DNA from: Rhynchopus sp. YZ270_cl-10 | Taxonomy: Eukaryota | Length of the DNA: 64,000 bases | Assembly (NCBI GenBank): GCA_964035575.1 | Contig: OZ037840.1 | Location: 1,550,001-1,614,000 of the forward strand | Direction of reading: 5' to 3' | Shown here: positions 45,437 to 56,503 of the stretch, piece after piece | Layout: every line of letters starts with the position of its first letter | How positions within the stretch are numbered: position 1 is the stretch's first letter | Translations under genes and position numbers: made by a program | Notes under the pieces: model-generated | Seen by the model: only the letters and a program-made list of their open reading frames with translations | Told to the model about the DNA's origin: nothing | The model's database searches: none

Positions 45437-46696
45437 AGGGGAGGGTGTGGCGGCATTGGTAGAGGGAGCATGGGCTGACTGCAAGGTGACTCACTCTGCT
45501 GCATACGACGCTCCTCATGAGGCGAACGAAAAAAGCAGATGACAGAGACACAGGTGCGGGCAGAGACGAGACGGAAGGAGTAGACAACTAACACAGGACA
45601 GTGGGGAAACCCATATCATCTTGCGGGCGGAAAGCGAAGAGCCCGTTTCCCCCAAATGAGGAAAGGTCGACTGTTGAACGAATGGACAGTATATGCAATT
45701 GAGAATAGTACTTCTCTCATCATATCCTGAAGTCAGTTTCTAATATTCTTCTCGAACTTTTTGCACAAGAAATCTGTACCCACTGTGGTTCAAAGATCTC
45801 CAGCGGGGATAGTCGATACCTCGAAAAAACGATTTTGAAAATATCGAAATTGTATTTCACATTTTGTCGAGACTCGAAAACACCCAAAACCACATGTCGC
45901 TCTGCACAAAGATCATCATACCACTGTGTGTATCGGTTTGTGTTGTTGCATCTTGCTTTCCCTTTTATGAGGTGACGAAGCACAGAGAGGCTTAGGTTCA
46001 TCTCAACTCTTCTCTGTGTTACCCCTTCTCTTGAACATGCAAAGCAAAGGCTTCAGTGAGGCTGCTTACCCAACCAAAGGATGTTGCAGCCATCCTATCT
46101 TCTCTCATGGGTCTTGCAGCAGCACGGTGCCTCTTTGTTTCAGTCGGGTGTGCACAACATGCACACTCATCTTTCATTCACAGTACGTTACCCACCAAGA
46201 TGGGTACTTAGGGTGAATAAGATTGCCGACACAAGGAGAAAGAAAAGAAAACGAAAACAAGAACCCACCCCCAAACCATTTCGACCTCACAACAAATGCA
46301 GCCCCCAATATGTGTAAGAGTGAGGAGAACTGTGGTTGGCAATCAGTCAATTTGGGCGATGGCTTTTCACCCATAAGCAGAGATGGATGGACAATCGATG
46401 GCTGTGTCTTACACCACTCCCCTGGCACCTTGTGTGTCTTCCAAAAACCAAAAAGCATTGTGTGTGTAGTTTTGAAGGAAAAATAAAAGAGGTGCGTGAG
46501 TGCAGAGCTTCGTTGTTCAATTGTGTGTTTTCACCAGAACTTCTCCCTTTAATTTACGGGGGTAAACACAAAAAGGAACGGTCGGAGTACGGTGTTCAAT
46601 TTTTTTCCCCAACTGTCACCACCGTCCCATGAAAAGTCAACTTTTCGGGTTGATCACAATCCTTCATCAGACCTCCCCCCTCCCCCCCTCCTTCCC

Positions 46697-47652
46697 ATGT
46701 CTGGGGTACCTTCATCCATGGGCTGCAGTGGCTACGCGTCAGTAGTGGGAACCATCTACGGGTGTGTGGGTGTTGCTGTCGGGTGCCTCATCGTAGCGAA
46801 GCCGAGTCTCTGCCACCTGCTGCTTCTTGGGGAGCCGAAGGCGTCCTCAGACAAGGCTGAGCTGGCTGTCAACCAGGCGGTATGCAGAGAGATGGACATC
46901 GTTTTCATTAATTAATTTTTTGTGGAACTGATAAGGGCTTAGTTATTTTTTTTTTTGGTACGCGTCCGCGCGCGCTCAAATTTTTGGAAATCCAAAAATA
47001 AAAAATAAAAAATAAAAAAAAATATGCCGTGTGGTGTGCATAGAAAAGTATAAAAAAAAAAGTTGGAAAATTTCAACAATTTTTTTTCCGAATATTTTTT
47101 TTTCGAAATTTTTTTTTTTGGGCACAACATTGATTTTGCAGCCAAAACAAGTTATTTTTTTTTGGTATTTTATTTTTTTTTGCGCGCGCGCGCTCAAAAT
47201 TTGAGGGGGGTCCCGGACGCGTACCAAAAAAAAAAATAACTAAGCCCTAACATCTTTGCGTTTTTTTCCCCCCCATTTTTATCTTGTTGGACACCCTCCT
47301 GAGATTTTTTTTTTTCGTTTGTTCTTCCCAGGGTTTCCGCATTCCGAAAATGGGCTAATCCCATACTACTAAATTATCACAAAAAGGGAAAAAATAAATA
47401 ACTCACATCATACAGGTCGGGGCGCACATCGCAGTGGTCTCTTGTGCATACCTGCACAGCGCGCATAGCAAGACGTGGTCGCTTCTGGATGCGCTCCTTT
47501 GGGGCTGTGCTGCCACACTGTCGCCGCTTCTCTTCCGTCCAGCCTCTTCAGGGTGGCGGGACTGCACCGTGGGGCTTCACGCACTTTGCGTTCTCTTCAC
47601 TGTTCTCTCCACAAACCAGAAGCCTCTGACGGAAGCGCCATCTGACCGCTGA
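46697..47652 (+). CDS. Small multi-pass membrane protein (about 139 aa), exons 46697-46879 and 47416-47652
   Basis: GTATGC donor at 46880 and CTCAC...CATACAG acceptor ending at 47415. The phase-0 join ...AVNQA|VGAHIAVV... stays in frame. Several hydrophobic segments. Confidence 0.65.
46935..47247. mobile_element. PIF/Harbinger (Tourist-like) MITE E8 inside the predicted intron
   Basis: TIR GGGCTTAGTTA(T)nGGTACGCGTCCG is mirrored at the right end. TAA on both sides (46932-34, 47248-50). Confidence 0.9.
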
Positions 47653-49514
47653 GTGGGCACACCTATCATGATGTCAACCACGAAATGCAAGGCAGGGGAC
47701 AGTCCATTCGGATCACACCCCTTGGTGTACTGCTTGCACACCAAAAAAGGGGACACAGAGAGGCGCTTAGTATTTCAAGTCAAATTGAAACAACATTTCA
47801 AAACTCCGGCAAAATATGGATTATGGGGTTTTTGCAGTGAACAGAGTCTATATTAGGTAGGGGGGAGGTAGTGCTCTTGAAGAAGTGAACACAAAATGTA
47901 CCTATTCAGTGTTTGTTTTTAACCTTTTTTTGCTAAAAAAGAAAGCATTCGTCATTATGTGTGTAGGATACCTCTGAGGGGGGTCTAGAAGGTGTGATCT
48001 CATTTTTTTTGATGAGAGTGGCGACTGCGTGGGGATTTCTGTTTCACAAAAAAGGATTGCAGGAGGGAGATCTCAAGACCTTGCGAGGGAGTGGTGTCAC
48101 ATCCCTTTGTGTTTTTAGTTCAAGAATTAAACTCTTCCCCCCCAAACCTTCTTTCATCTCTAGTTTTCTTAATCCAAACGTCGAGTGGATGCGTAATAAT
48201 TTAGTATTTTGAATCCCACACAGCTTTGATTTTGTCCATGCTTTCCCCCACGCTTTGCTTACTCGAGTGGTCCCTTAGGGAGCCATGGGTGTCTCACTTC
48301 AGCATGTTTTGGTTGGGATGGTGGAGGGATCAGACGTTGGTTAAGTCCTGTGGAATGCTTTTCTCACATGTGTTACGATATGAATGAGTGGCAAAGTGTT
48401 CCGTGCAATCCCATAAGAGCTTCCTTATGATCTTTTCACGTGATGTTCTTAAAGTCTCTCTGTCAAGAAAGAATGAGTGCTTTCTCTTGAACGCAATTAA
48501 AAAAAAAAAAAATCAGAAGGGAAAAAACGCCCTTATTAGAACAGAAAAAAGAGTTCATTCACCCTTTTTTACATTCATTCATTCATTAGCAGTGTTTGAC
48601 AACCTTAATAATCACATGGTACTCCCGCCGTTTACTCACGCTTTTTACCTGGTCTCTCAGCGGTTCCATTCATGCAGAAAGTCATGCCACTCTCCACCGC
48701 TGTACTTGAATCCACCTTCCAATCACTTTCCACCTGAGATAAGAGGATTGCACTTTTCAACTTCTCAACATTCCCATACTCTACCCCCCGGCGCAAAAAC
48801 AAAAAAGAAACAAATAAGAGCAAAGCAAACATCGCAAAAAAACTTCATTAAAAAACCCTATTCCACGGCGTACGAAAGCGCTTCGAGGAGTTTTTTGAGA
48901 AATTTTCAAAAAAAAAAGCGCTTGAATTTTTAGGAAAAAGCGCTTTTTTTTCCTGAAGGGGTTTGTTAAGGGGGTTTAAGTCCACACTCCAAGTGACCCA
49001 AACCAAATTTATCGAGTCGCCGATTTCCCGCTGTGGGCATTTTTCTGACAATAATTACAAACGCAGTGCCATTTTTATGGCAACTTTTTTAGAAATGTTG
49101 CGTACCGTGGCTTCGCCAGAAACCTTTGGGTGCCATGACCGCTGTTTACTGAGAAGAAGGCTGACATACACTGCGGCTTGTGGACGGCCACCTGTACCGG
49201 CCACGGAAGAGTACAATGTACATGCCTCCTGCACAACAGCCCGGTGGGAAGTGAGAAGGAGCGAATGTCGCTGATTCGGAGGAACTCTGACTGTGCTTGG
49301 GTAACATTCGTCTCTTCCCCGGAGGCTACGATTGCAGGGGGTTTTTTTTGGGACCATCCAGAAGTTTTTCAAAACTCAAAAATCCTGGCGGCGGGGCTGA
49401 CCCCAACACAAAAAAACAACCAACATATCAAAAAATCATGAGAACAGGTACACCTTACCAAAAACCCCACACAAAAAAAAAAAAGCGCTTTTTTTTTTTC
49501 ATCAAGCGAAAAGT

Positions 49515-50661
49515 CAGGCCTTTTGCTAACCATCATGCCATCATGCCACGTTTTTGGGCGTTTTTTATTTTTTTTTTTCCATCATGCCACCATCATGCCA
49601 CGGGGGGTGGTGGGGCAGGGTTTTCGCTCTCCATCACCTGGGGATTTCCCCCCAGATGGCATGATGGCATGATGGCATGATGGCATGATGGCATGATGGC
49701 ATGATGGCATGATGGCATGATGGCATGATGGCATGATGGCATGATGGCATGATGGCATGATGGCATGATGGCATGATGGCATGATGGCATGATGGCATGA
49801 TGGCATGATGGCATGATGGCATGATGGCATGATGGCATGATGGCATGATGGCATGATGGCATGATGGCATGATGGCATGATGGCATGATGGCATGATGGC
49901 ATGATGGCATGATGGCATGATGGCATGATGGCATGATGGCATGATGGCATGATGGCATGATGGCATGATGGCATGATGGCATGATGGCATGATGGCATGA
50001 TGGCATGATGGCATGATGGCATGATGGCATGATGGCATGATGGCATGATGGCATGATGGCATGATGGCATGATGGCATGATGGCATGATGGCATGATGGC
50101 ATGATGGCATGATGGCATGATGGCATGATGGCATGATGGCATGATGGCATGATGGCATGATGGCATGATGGCATGATGGCATGATGGCACCTTAAAATTT
50201 TTCTGCTCGCTGCGCTCGCGGAGGTATACCTAAAAAAAAAAATTCCCGCTCGCTTCGCTCGCGCTGTACGCTATTTTCTTCCTGCCTAGGGTGCCATTTT
50301 ACAATGTCTAAGGGGATTCCTTTGCATTTTGCAGCCAGAAATGAAACTTGACCCAAGCTGCAAAAATTTGACCATTGTTATTTCAAAGATGCCTAGACGT
50401 AGTGATTTTGTACGGTTAGTGTACGTAAGGCGCAAGACCAAGCACCGTTAATAAAGGATTATATTCCGTTTTTTTTTGTTATCTTGCAAAGCTGACCCTT
50501 CGCCTCTCCACCCTGTGGCTGTCAGGGAGGCGCGCGCGAAGCGCGCGACGACCGCTTTTACCAGGTGGGAAAGCTCGGAATGTACTTTTTTTCCAGGAAA
50601 TTATTTTTTTTTGACCATCATGCCATTCCTGGGGAAAATCCCAAAGTTAGCAAAAGGCCTG
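49515..50661. mobile_element. TIR element E7b nested in E7 (CAGG end, 10-bp TSD) carrying (GATGGCAT)n
   Basis: TIR CAGGCCTTTTGCTAAC / GTTAGCAAAAGGCCTG. AGCGAAAAGT at 49505-14 and 50662-71. Confidence 0.93.
49655..50189. repeat. (GATGGCAT) about x67, apparently perfect tandem array
   Basis: Read directly, 535 bp. Confidence 0.97.
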
Positions 50662-50858
50662 AGCGAAAAGTGCTTTTTTTTTCCCCCGGAAAAAAAAAAC
50701 GCTTCAAGCGCTTTCGTACGCCGTGCTATTCAATTCCCCCCCGAACGACACTCTTCACAGTCCACACCCACCCGACACCACGATTGCTTTCTTTGTGGTC
50801 TATACTCCGTTCAGGCGTTACTCTAACTCCGTTATACCACTCTACACGGCCCACCCAT

Positions 50859-51989
50859 ATGTCCGACAGCGAGGATGATGGCTCCACCTCATTCGAGGCG
50901 GTAGGCTTGCAGAGCGAACTGCTACGTGGCGTGGTCTTCAGCACCCCTACACGCGTTCAGCAACAGTCCTTGGCTGCCATTTGCCGAGGTGCGGATGTGG
51001 TGCTGTGCGCTTCGAGCGGCTCGGGGAAGGCAACAGCGATGGCGATAGGCATGCTGCATCAGGTTGACTGGAGTCTCATGGCATGCCAAGCCCTCATCCT
51101 CACATCCACCAGAGAGGTCGCGATGCACCTCTCGAGGACGGTCTGCGACATCGGAACACACCTCGAACCCACAGCGTTCTGCCTTGCAGTGGTCGGGGGG
51201 ACCTCTCCAGCGGACACAGTACGGCTTCTCAGAAAACAGCCCCGTGTGGTGGTGGGGACACCAGGGAGGGTACATATGTTTTTGGAGGACGGTGCACTTC
51301 TCACTGAAGCGCTCTCATATTTCTGCCTTCGCGATGCAGATGAAATCTTGGAACGGGGATTTGGTGAAAATGTTGAAGGTGTCCTACGATTTGTCCCACA
51401 GACCGCTCAGAAGTGTGTCACAACGAGGTATTTGCCAATGGAGGCGCAAAAAATTGTGAAAAGAATGACAACTCAGCCGTTAATTCTGAAGATCCAGCCC
51501 ATAGAGACGTTGTGTGAAACCTCGCATTTTTATTGTTTTGGCGGTGTGGATAAGGTTGTGGAGGTTTTGGAGGGGTTGTGTGCTCTGATTGTTTGTGTAC
51601 AACATGGTGCTGCGGTGGCGCTGTGCGAGGAGCTGAAGGAGCGTGGGGTGACAGCGGAGTTGGTGGCACCAAAGCGAGGGGAAAGCAGCATCAGTTTTTC
51701 GCCTGCTGTGCGTGCGGTAGTGTCGACAGCGTTTAACGCCGGGAAGGTGCATCACTCACGGCGCAGACATGTTATCTTCCTTGACGTTCCCGAGCCGTTC
51801 CTCTACCGCACCGTTGTGTCGCACCCACAGCGGCGTACACACAAGCGTCTCTCCATCTGTCTCCTCGCACACAACATAGATCGATCCGTGCTCACCCCTC
51901 TCGAGACCCTCTGTGGCATCCCATTCACTATCCTGCCGGAGGACCTGAGTGGTCATTTGGGAAGGGAAAGGGAAAGTGGAAAATATTAA
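50859..51989 (+). CDS. Degenerate eIF4A-like DEAD-box protein (probable pseudo-helicase)
   Basis: Q motif SFEAVGLQSELLRG...PTRVQQ, SGSGKA, QALILTSTREVA, VGG, VVVGTPGRV, LRDADEIL.RGF. SAT and HRIGR motifs are absent. Confidence 0.8.
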   Translation: MSDSEDDGSTSFEAVGLQSELLRGVVFSTPTRVQQQSLAAICRGADVVLCASSGSGKATAMAIGMLHQVDWSLMACQALILTSTREVAMHLSRTVCDIGTHLEPTAFCLAVVGGTSPADTVRLLRKQPRVVVGTPGRVHMFLEDGALLTEALSYFCLRDADEILERGFGENVEGVLRFVPQTAQKCVTTRYLPMEAQKIVKRMTTQPLILKIQPIETLCETSHFYCFGGVDKVVEVLEGLCALIVCVQHGAAVALCEELKERGVTAELVAPKRGESSISFSPAVRAVVSTAFNAGKVHHSRRRHVIFLDVPEPFLYRTVVSHPQRRTHKRLSICLLAHNIDRSVLTPLETLCGIPFTILPEDLSGHLGRERESGKY

Positions 51990-52295
51990 AACTCTGCATC
52001 GTTACAGACATAACGAAAAAGAAATACGTCTGTATAAATGCCGCAATGTCTGTGTGGAAAGGCTTGGGAACAGTATAAGCAATGCGCTGTGATGTGCCAT
52101 GGTTATGGGTGACATTGAGGACAGAACCTACCCCTCAGTGGTGATTGTTAAAAGCAACAAAACATCCGTTGACAGCTTTTTTTAACCCCTTTATTTTTTT
52201 GCTTAAACTTTGTTACCACAATGCACCCACAGGTAAAACACAGTTTGGACTGAATAGAAAGGAGGCCAAGCGAGTCTCGACGGATAACTGTGACG

Positions 52296-54080
52296 ATGCA
52301 GTGGCCACGTTGGTTTGAGGATGCACTGACGCTGGATGGCACACTTGACAGGAAGGAGAGGAGGAAGCGGGAGCTGTTCTTCATCGTCCACTGCACCGCG
52401 ATTGTGTTCTACCTGGCGTTCAACTGGATTGCATTTAGGCAGCAATACAGTGTACTGCGTTTCTCGTTCATGGTAGCAGGGCTGGTCCTATGCTCCCTCG
52501 TGGTGGTGTACATCTTGTGCAAGAAGACGTTGACGACAGCTGTAGTGGTTGGTGTGTGTTATCTGCATGCGTTATGTGTTTTTTTTGCCGATCTGTCGGC
52601 TCGCTGCAAAGGTGACAGGTACTGGGAACCCCTCGTGCTCGTTGTGGACATGTTGCTCGTGATGCAGGTGCCGGCACGTTACGCTGCTAGGTTGGTGGGT
52701 GTTGCGCTTGTGTGGTTGGCTCTCATGGCTGTGGAGGAGTCCTTCAGGTTTGGCCTTCTGGACCTACCTGGTCTTGTGCCGCAGGACGGTGAGAAGGGGA
52801 GGAGGGCTTACTTTGAAGACAGGACCAGCTGTGAGCAGCTCCCGTGTGCCGCTCCTAGTGTGACGATCGCGGTTGGTGCAGTCCTGGTGTTTGTTACTGA
52901 CTTCATCGCAACGAGAGGGTTTGCACGTGACATCCTGAAGGAACAGGCAACAATGGAGCGGACGATCAGCACTGTGCAGGAGATTGCGTCGCTGCTTGCG
53001 GGGTACGACGTGGAGGGGGTTGCGGAGATGCTGAAGGTTCACGAGGCTGCGCTGCCTGAGGGGATGAGGGACGCACTGCAGAGTATAGAGGAGAACCTGC
53101 GGAAGTACAAGGCCTACCTCCCGCAGACGTGTCTGCCGTTCGAGGAGGAGGACGTGAACAAAGTGAACGAAGATTCAGAGTCCTCTGTGGGTCGGTCATC
53201 TGTTTCACTTAGCGACAGCTCACAGAGCACTGCATTGCCGGTGACACGTACACAGCCACTGGGTCTGTCCTCAACAAAGGCAACACTGCTGACACTGAAC
53301 ATCAAAGACACGTTGCACCGCTTGGAGGAGGACAGTGCACACTTCTCCGACCTGTTCACAACTCTTCTCCTGAAGACGTTGCAGGCAACAGAAGGGCGTC
53401 GTGGGATGGTGGACGTCTTTGTTGGGGACAGGATCCACTGCTCGTTCAACACGTCGAAAACATGTGCGTCACACGCAACCTCAGCACTGCACGCTGCCAC
53501 ATTGCTGCTGCGTGGTGATGACAACACTTTGCCACCACATGTGAACATGGGTGTTGCAACTGGGAAGGTGCTGCGTGGTGACATGGGGTGTGAAGTGATG
53601 CGCCGCTTCAGCATGGTGGGCACACTTGCTCGTGACGTGAATGTGCTGGAACGTGCTGGCCGTGTGTTGGGGTGCAGTGTGCTGTGCAACCGCCTCTGCT
53701 TCAGCGATGCTGAGTGCGAACACCAACTGCGTCTGATCCCCTGCAAGATCGAGCTTGCTTCCGGCTGTGATGCGGAGGTTGTTGCTGAGTTGGTTGTTCC
53801 AAAAGGAGCGAGGGCTGCCTCAGTGGTGGACGAGTGGATGTACGTGGTTGGCGGGAAGAAGGACTGGGAGGACTACAACACAGCAGTGCGCAGCTTCATG
53901 AGGGGAGAGTGCTCTGCAGAAGATGTTACGGCAGCTGAGAGGCAGGGACCAGCATACACACCTGTGAACGTGGTTGCGTCTTCTGGGGGCTGTGATGTTC
54001 TGTACTTGCCTGCGAGCTGCAGGAGACCACACAAGAAGGATGCAATGTGCGATGATAATTGTGTTTTGGAAGGCATGTAG
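52296..54080 (+). CDS. Multi-TM class III adenylate/guanylate cyclase-like protein, copy A
   Basis: About 6 hydrophobic helices, a coiled linker, and cyclase-like VDVFVGDRIHCSFN and MGVATGKVLRGDMGCEVMRRFSMVG. Confidence 0.8.
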   Translation: MQWPRWFEDALTLDGTLDRKERRKRELFFIVHCTAIVFYLAFNWIAFRQQYSVLRFSFMVAGLVLCSLVVVYILCKKTLTTAVVVGVCYLHALCVFFADLSARCKGDRYWEPLVLVVDMLLVMQVPARYAARLVGVALVWLALMAVEESFRFGLLDLPGLVPQDGEKGRRAYFEDRTSCEQLPCAAPSVTIAVGAVLVFVTDFIATRGFARDILKEQATMERTISTVQEIASLLAGYDVEGVAEMLKVHEAALPEGMRDALQSIEENLRKYKAYLPQTCLPFEEEDVNKVNEDSESSVGRSSVSLSDSSQSTALPVTRTQPLGLSSTKATLLTLNIKDTLHRLEEDSAHFSDLFTTLLLKTLQATEGRRGMVDVFVGDRIHCSFNTSKTCASHATSALHAATLLLRGDDNTLPPHVNMGVATGKVLRGDMGCEVMRRFSMVGTLARDVNVLERAGRVLGCSVLCNRLCFSDAECEHQLRLIPCKIELASGCDAEVVAELVVPKGARAASVVDEWMYVVGGKKDWEDYNTAVRSFMRGECSAEDVTAAERQGPAYTPVNVVASSGGCDVLYLPASCRRPHKKDAMCDDNCVLEGM

Positions 54081-54727
54081 CAAATTTCCATTTGTTGCTG
54101 ACGACGAAGTTTTACACAGAGTTGCCATTTTTTATTTCACTTTTTTTTTTGTGAGGCTTGGGATCATCTTACCAACATATTTATTTTCTACCGGTATAAA
54201 TTGAACATTGCCCCCTCCTACTTTTTTAAGATATGCACACGTTTTCATCTTACAAATTTTCTATTCTCTTTTGTATTTCCTCCACCCCATAACATCTTTG
54301 ATTTGCTCTTCCATGAAAATTGAAGCCTGTTTCGTTCACCCCGTAAGTACCTTGCCCCCTTCGCCAGAAGCTTCGCCTTCGTATGTCAGTTGTCTGTAAC
54401 CAGGCGCGAGCTTGACGGACAGAGTTAGTTTCCCAGGCTTCGCTATGCTTCACGTTTTTCCTAAACATAGTTTCCTTTAGCCCTTTGTGTGTGAGGAACA
54501 CCTACAACGGAGATGAAGTGTGCAAAATGATAGGCGTTTTCGTAATGTTTTTATTCTCCCCTCACGACACACTTTTTATTCTGCAGAAGAATAATAGAGT
54601 GTGGTTTTCAAGGGACTATAAAGCATTTTTGCTTAAACTTTGTTTCCACAATGCACCCACAGGTAAAACACAGTTTGGAAACTGAATAAAAAGGCGACCA
54701 ATCGAGTGTCGACGGATAACTGTGACG

Positions 54728-56503
54728 ATGCAGTGGCCACGTTGGTTTGAGGATGCACTGACGCTGGATGGCACACTTGACAGGAAGGAGAGGAGGAAGC
54801 GGGAGCTGTTCTTCATCGTCCACTGCACCGCGATCGTGTTTTACGTGGTGTACAACTGGATTGCATTTAGCAAGCAATACAGCGTACTGCGTCGCTTGTT
54901 CACGACGGGAGGGCTGGTTATATGCTCCCTCATGGTGGTGTACATCTTGTGCAAGAAGAAGTTGACGACAGCTGTAGTGGTTGGTGTGTGTTATCTGCAT
55001 GCGTTATGTGTTTTTTTTGCCGATCTGACGGCTCGCTGCAACGGTGACACGTACTGGGAACCCCTCGTGCTCGTTGTGGACATGTTGCTCGTGATGCAGG
55101 TGCCAGCACGTTACACTGTTGGGTTGGTGGGTGTGGTTCTTGTGTGGTTGGCTGTTATGTGTGTTGAGGAGTACGTCAGGTTTGGCCTTCTGGACCTACC
55201 TGGTCTTGTGCCGCAGGACGGTGAGTTGGGGAGGAGGGCTTACGTTGAAGAGAGGACCAGCTGTGAGCAGCTCCCGTGTGCCGCTCCCGGTTTGACGATT
55301 GCGATAGGTGCAATATCAGTGTTCGTTGTTGACTTCATGGCAACAAGAGGCTTTGCACGTGACATCCTGAAAGAGCAGGCAACAATGGAGCGGACGATCA
55401 GCACTGTGCAGGAGATTGCGTCGCTGCTTGCGGGATACGACGTGGAGGGGGTTGCGGAGATGCTGAAGGTTCACGAGGCTGCGCTGCCTGAGGGGATGAG
55501 GGACGCACTGCAGAGTATAGAGGAGAACCTGCGGAAGTACAAGGCATACCTCCCGCAGACGTGTCTGCCGTTTGACAAAGACGAAGTGAACGAAGATTCA
55601 GAGTCTTCCGTGGGTCGGTCATCTGTTTCACTTAGCGACAGCTCACAGAGCACTGCATTGCCGGTGACACGTACACAGCCACTGGGTCTGTCCTCAACAA
55701 AGGCAACACTGCTGACACTGAACATCAAAGACACGTTGCACCGCTTGGAGGAGGACAGTGCACACTTCTCCGACCTGTTCACAACTCTTCTTCTGAAGAC
55801 GTTGCAGGCAACAGAAGTGCGTCGTGGGATGGTGGACGTCTTTGTTGGGGACAGGATCCACTGCTCGTTCAACACATCAAAGCAGTGCGCGTCACACGCA
55901 ACCTCAGCACTGCACGCTGCCACATTGCTGCTGCGTGGTGATGACAACACTTTGCCACCACATGTGAACATGGGTGTTGCAACTGGGAAGGTGCTGCGTG
56001 GTGACATGGGGTGTGAAGTGATGCGCCGCTTCAGCATGGTGGGCACACTTGCTCGTGACGTGAACGTGCTGGAACGTGCTGGCCGTGTGTTGGGGTGCAG
56101 TGTGCTGTGCAACCGCCTCTGCTTCAGCGATGCTGAGTGCGAACACCAACTGCGTCTGATCCCCTGCAAGATCGAGCTTGCTGCCGGCTGTGATGCGGAG
56201 GTTGTTGCTGAGGTGCTTGTTCCAAGAGGCGCCACAACCACATCACCAGTGGACGAGTGGATGTACGTGGTTGGCGGGAAGAAGGACTGGGAGGACTACA
56301 ACTTGGCAGTGCGCAGCTTCATGAGGGGAGAGTGCTCTGCAGAAGATGTTGCGGCAGCTGAGAGGCAGGGACCAGCATACACACCTGTGAACGTGGTTGC
56401 GTCTTCTGGGGGCTGTGATGTTCTGTACTTGCCTGCGAGCTGCAGGAGACCACACAAGAAGGATGCAATGTGCGACGATAATTATGTATTGGAAGGCGTG
56501 TAG
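54728..56503 (+). CDS. Multi-TM class III cyclase-like protein, copy B (tandem duplicate)
   Basis: Near-identical to copy A, including about 100 nt upstream and 70 nt downstream. Confidence 0.8.
   Translation: MQWPRWFEDALTLDGTLDRKERRKRELFFIVHCTAIVFYVVYNWIAFSKQYSVLRRLFTTGGLVICSLMVVYILCKKKLTTAVVVGVCYLHALCVFFADLTARCNGDTYWEPLVLVVDMLLVMQVPARYTVGLVGVVLVWLAVMCVEEYVRFGLLDLPGLVPQDGELGRRAYVEERTSCEQLPCAAPGLTIAIGAISVFVVDFMATRGFARDILKEQATMERTISTVQEIASLLAGYDVEGVAEMLKVHEAALPEGMRDALQSIEENLRKYKAYLPQTCLPFDKDEVNEDSESSVGRSSVSLSDSSQSTALPVTRTQPLGLSSTKATLLTLNIKDTLHRLEEDSAHFSDLFTTLLLKTLQATEVRRGMVDVFVGDRIHCSFNTSKQCASHATSALHAATLLLRGDDNTLPPHVNMGVATGKVLRGDMGCEVMRRFSMVGTLARDVNVLERAGRVLGCSVLCNRLCFSDAECEHQLRLIPCKIELAAGCDAEVVAEVLVPRGATTTSPVDEWMYVVGGKKDWEDYNLAVRSFMRGECSAEDVAAAERQGPAYTPVNVVASSGGCDVLYLPASCRRPHKKDAMCDDNYVLEGV

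Larger units (their letters stand above)
48864..50725. mobile_element. TIR element E7, outer member of a nest (CAC end, 6-bp TSD)
   Basis: TIR CACGGCGTACGAAAGCGCTT / AAGCGCTTTCGTACGCCGTG. CTATTC at 48858-63 and 50726-31. Confidence 0.9.

Noticed and set aside
49582..50190. Minus-strand ORFs (MPSCHHAI)n
   Set aside because: Satellite translation artefact; the same applies to the (GTWVPGYL)n ORFs at 18745-19208.
50565..50858. N-terminal ORF extension of the eIF4A-like gene, and similar extensions at 7101, 32076, 35289, 41199 and 58176
   Set aside because: They run through transposon ends or pyrimidine-rich upstream DNA, mostly from non-ATG starts; downstream ATGs fit better.
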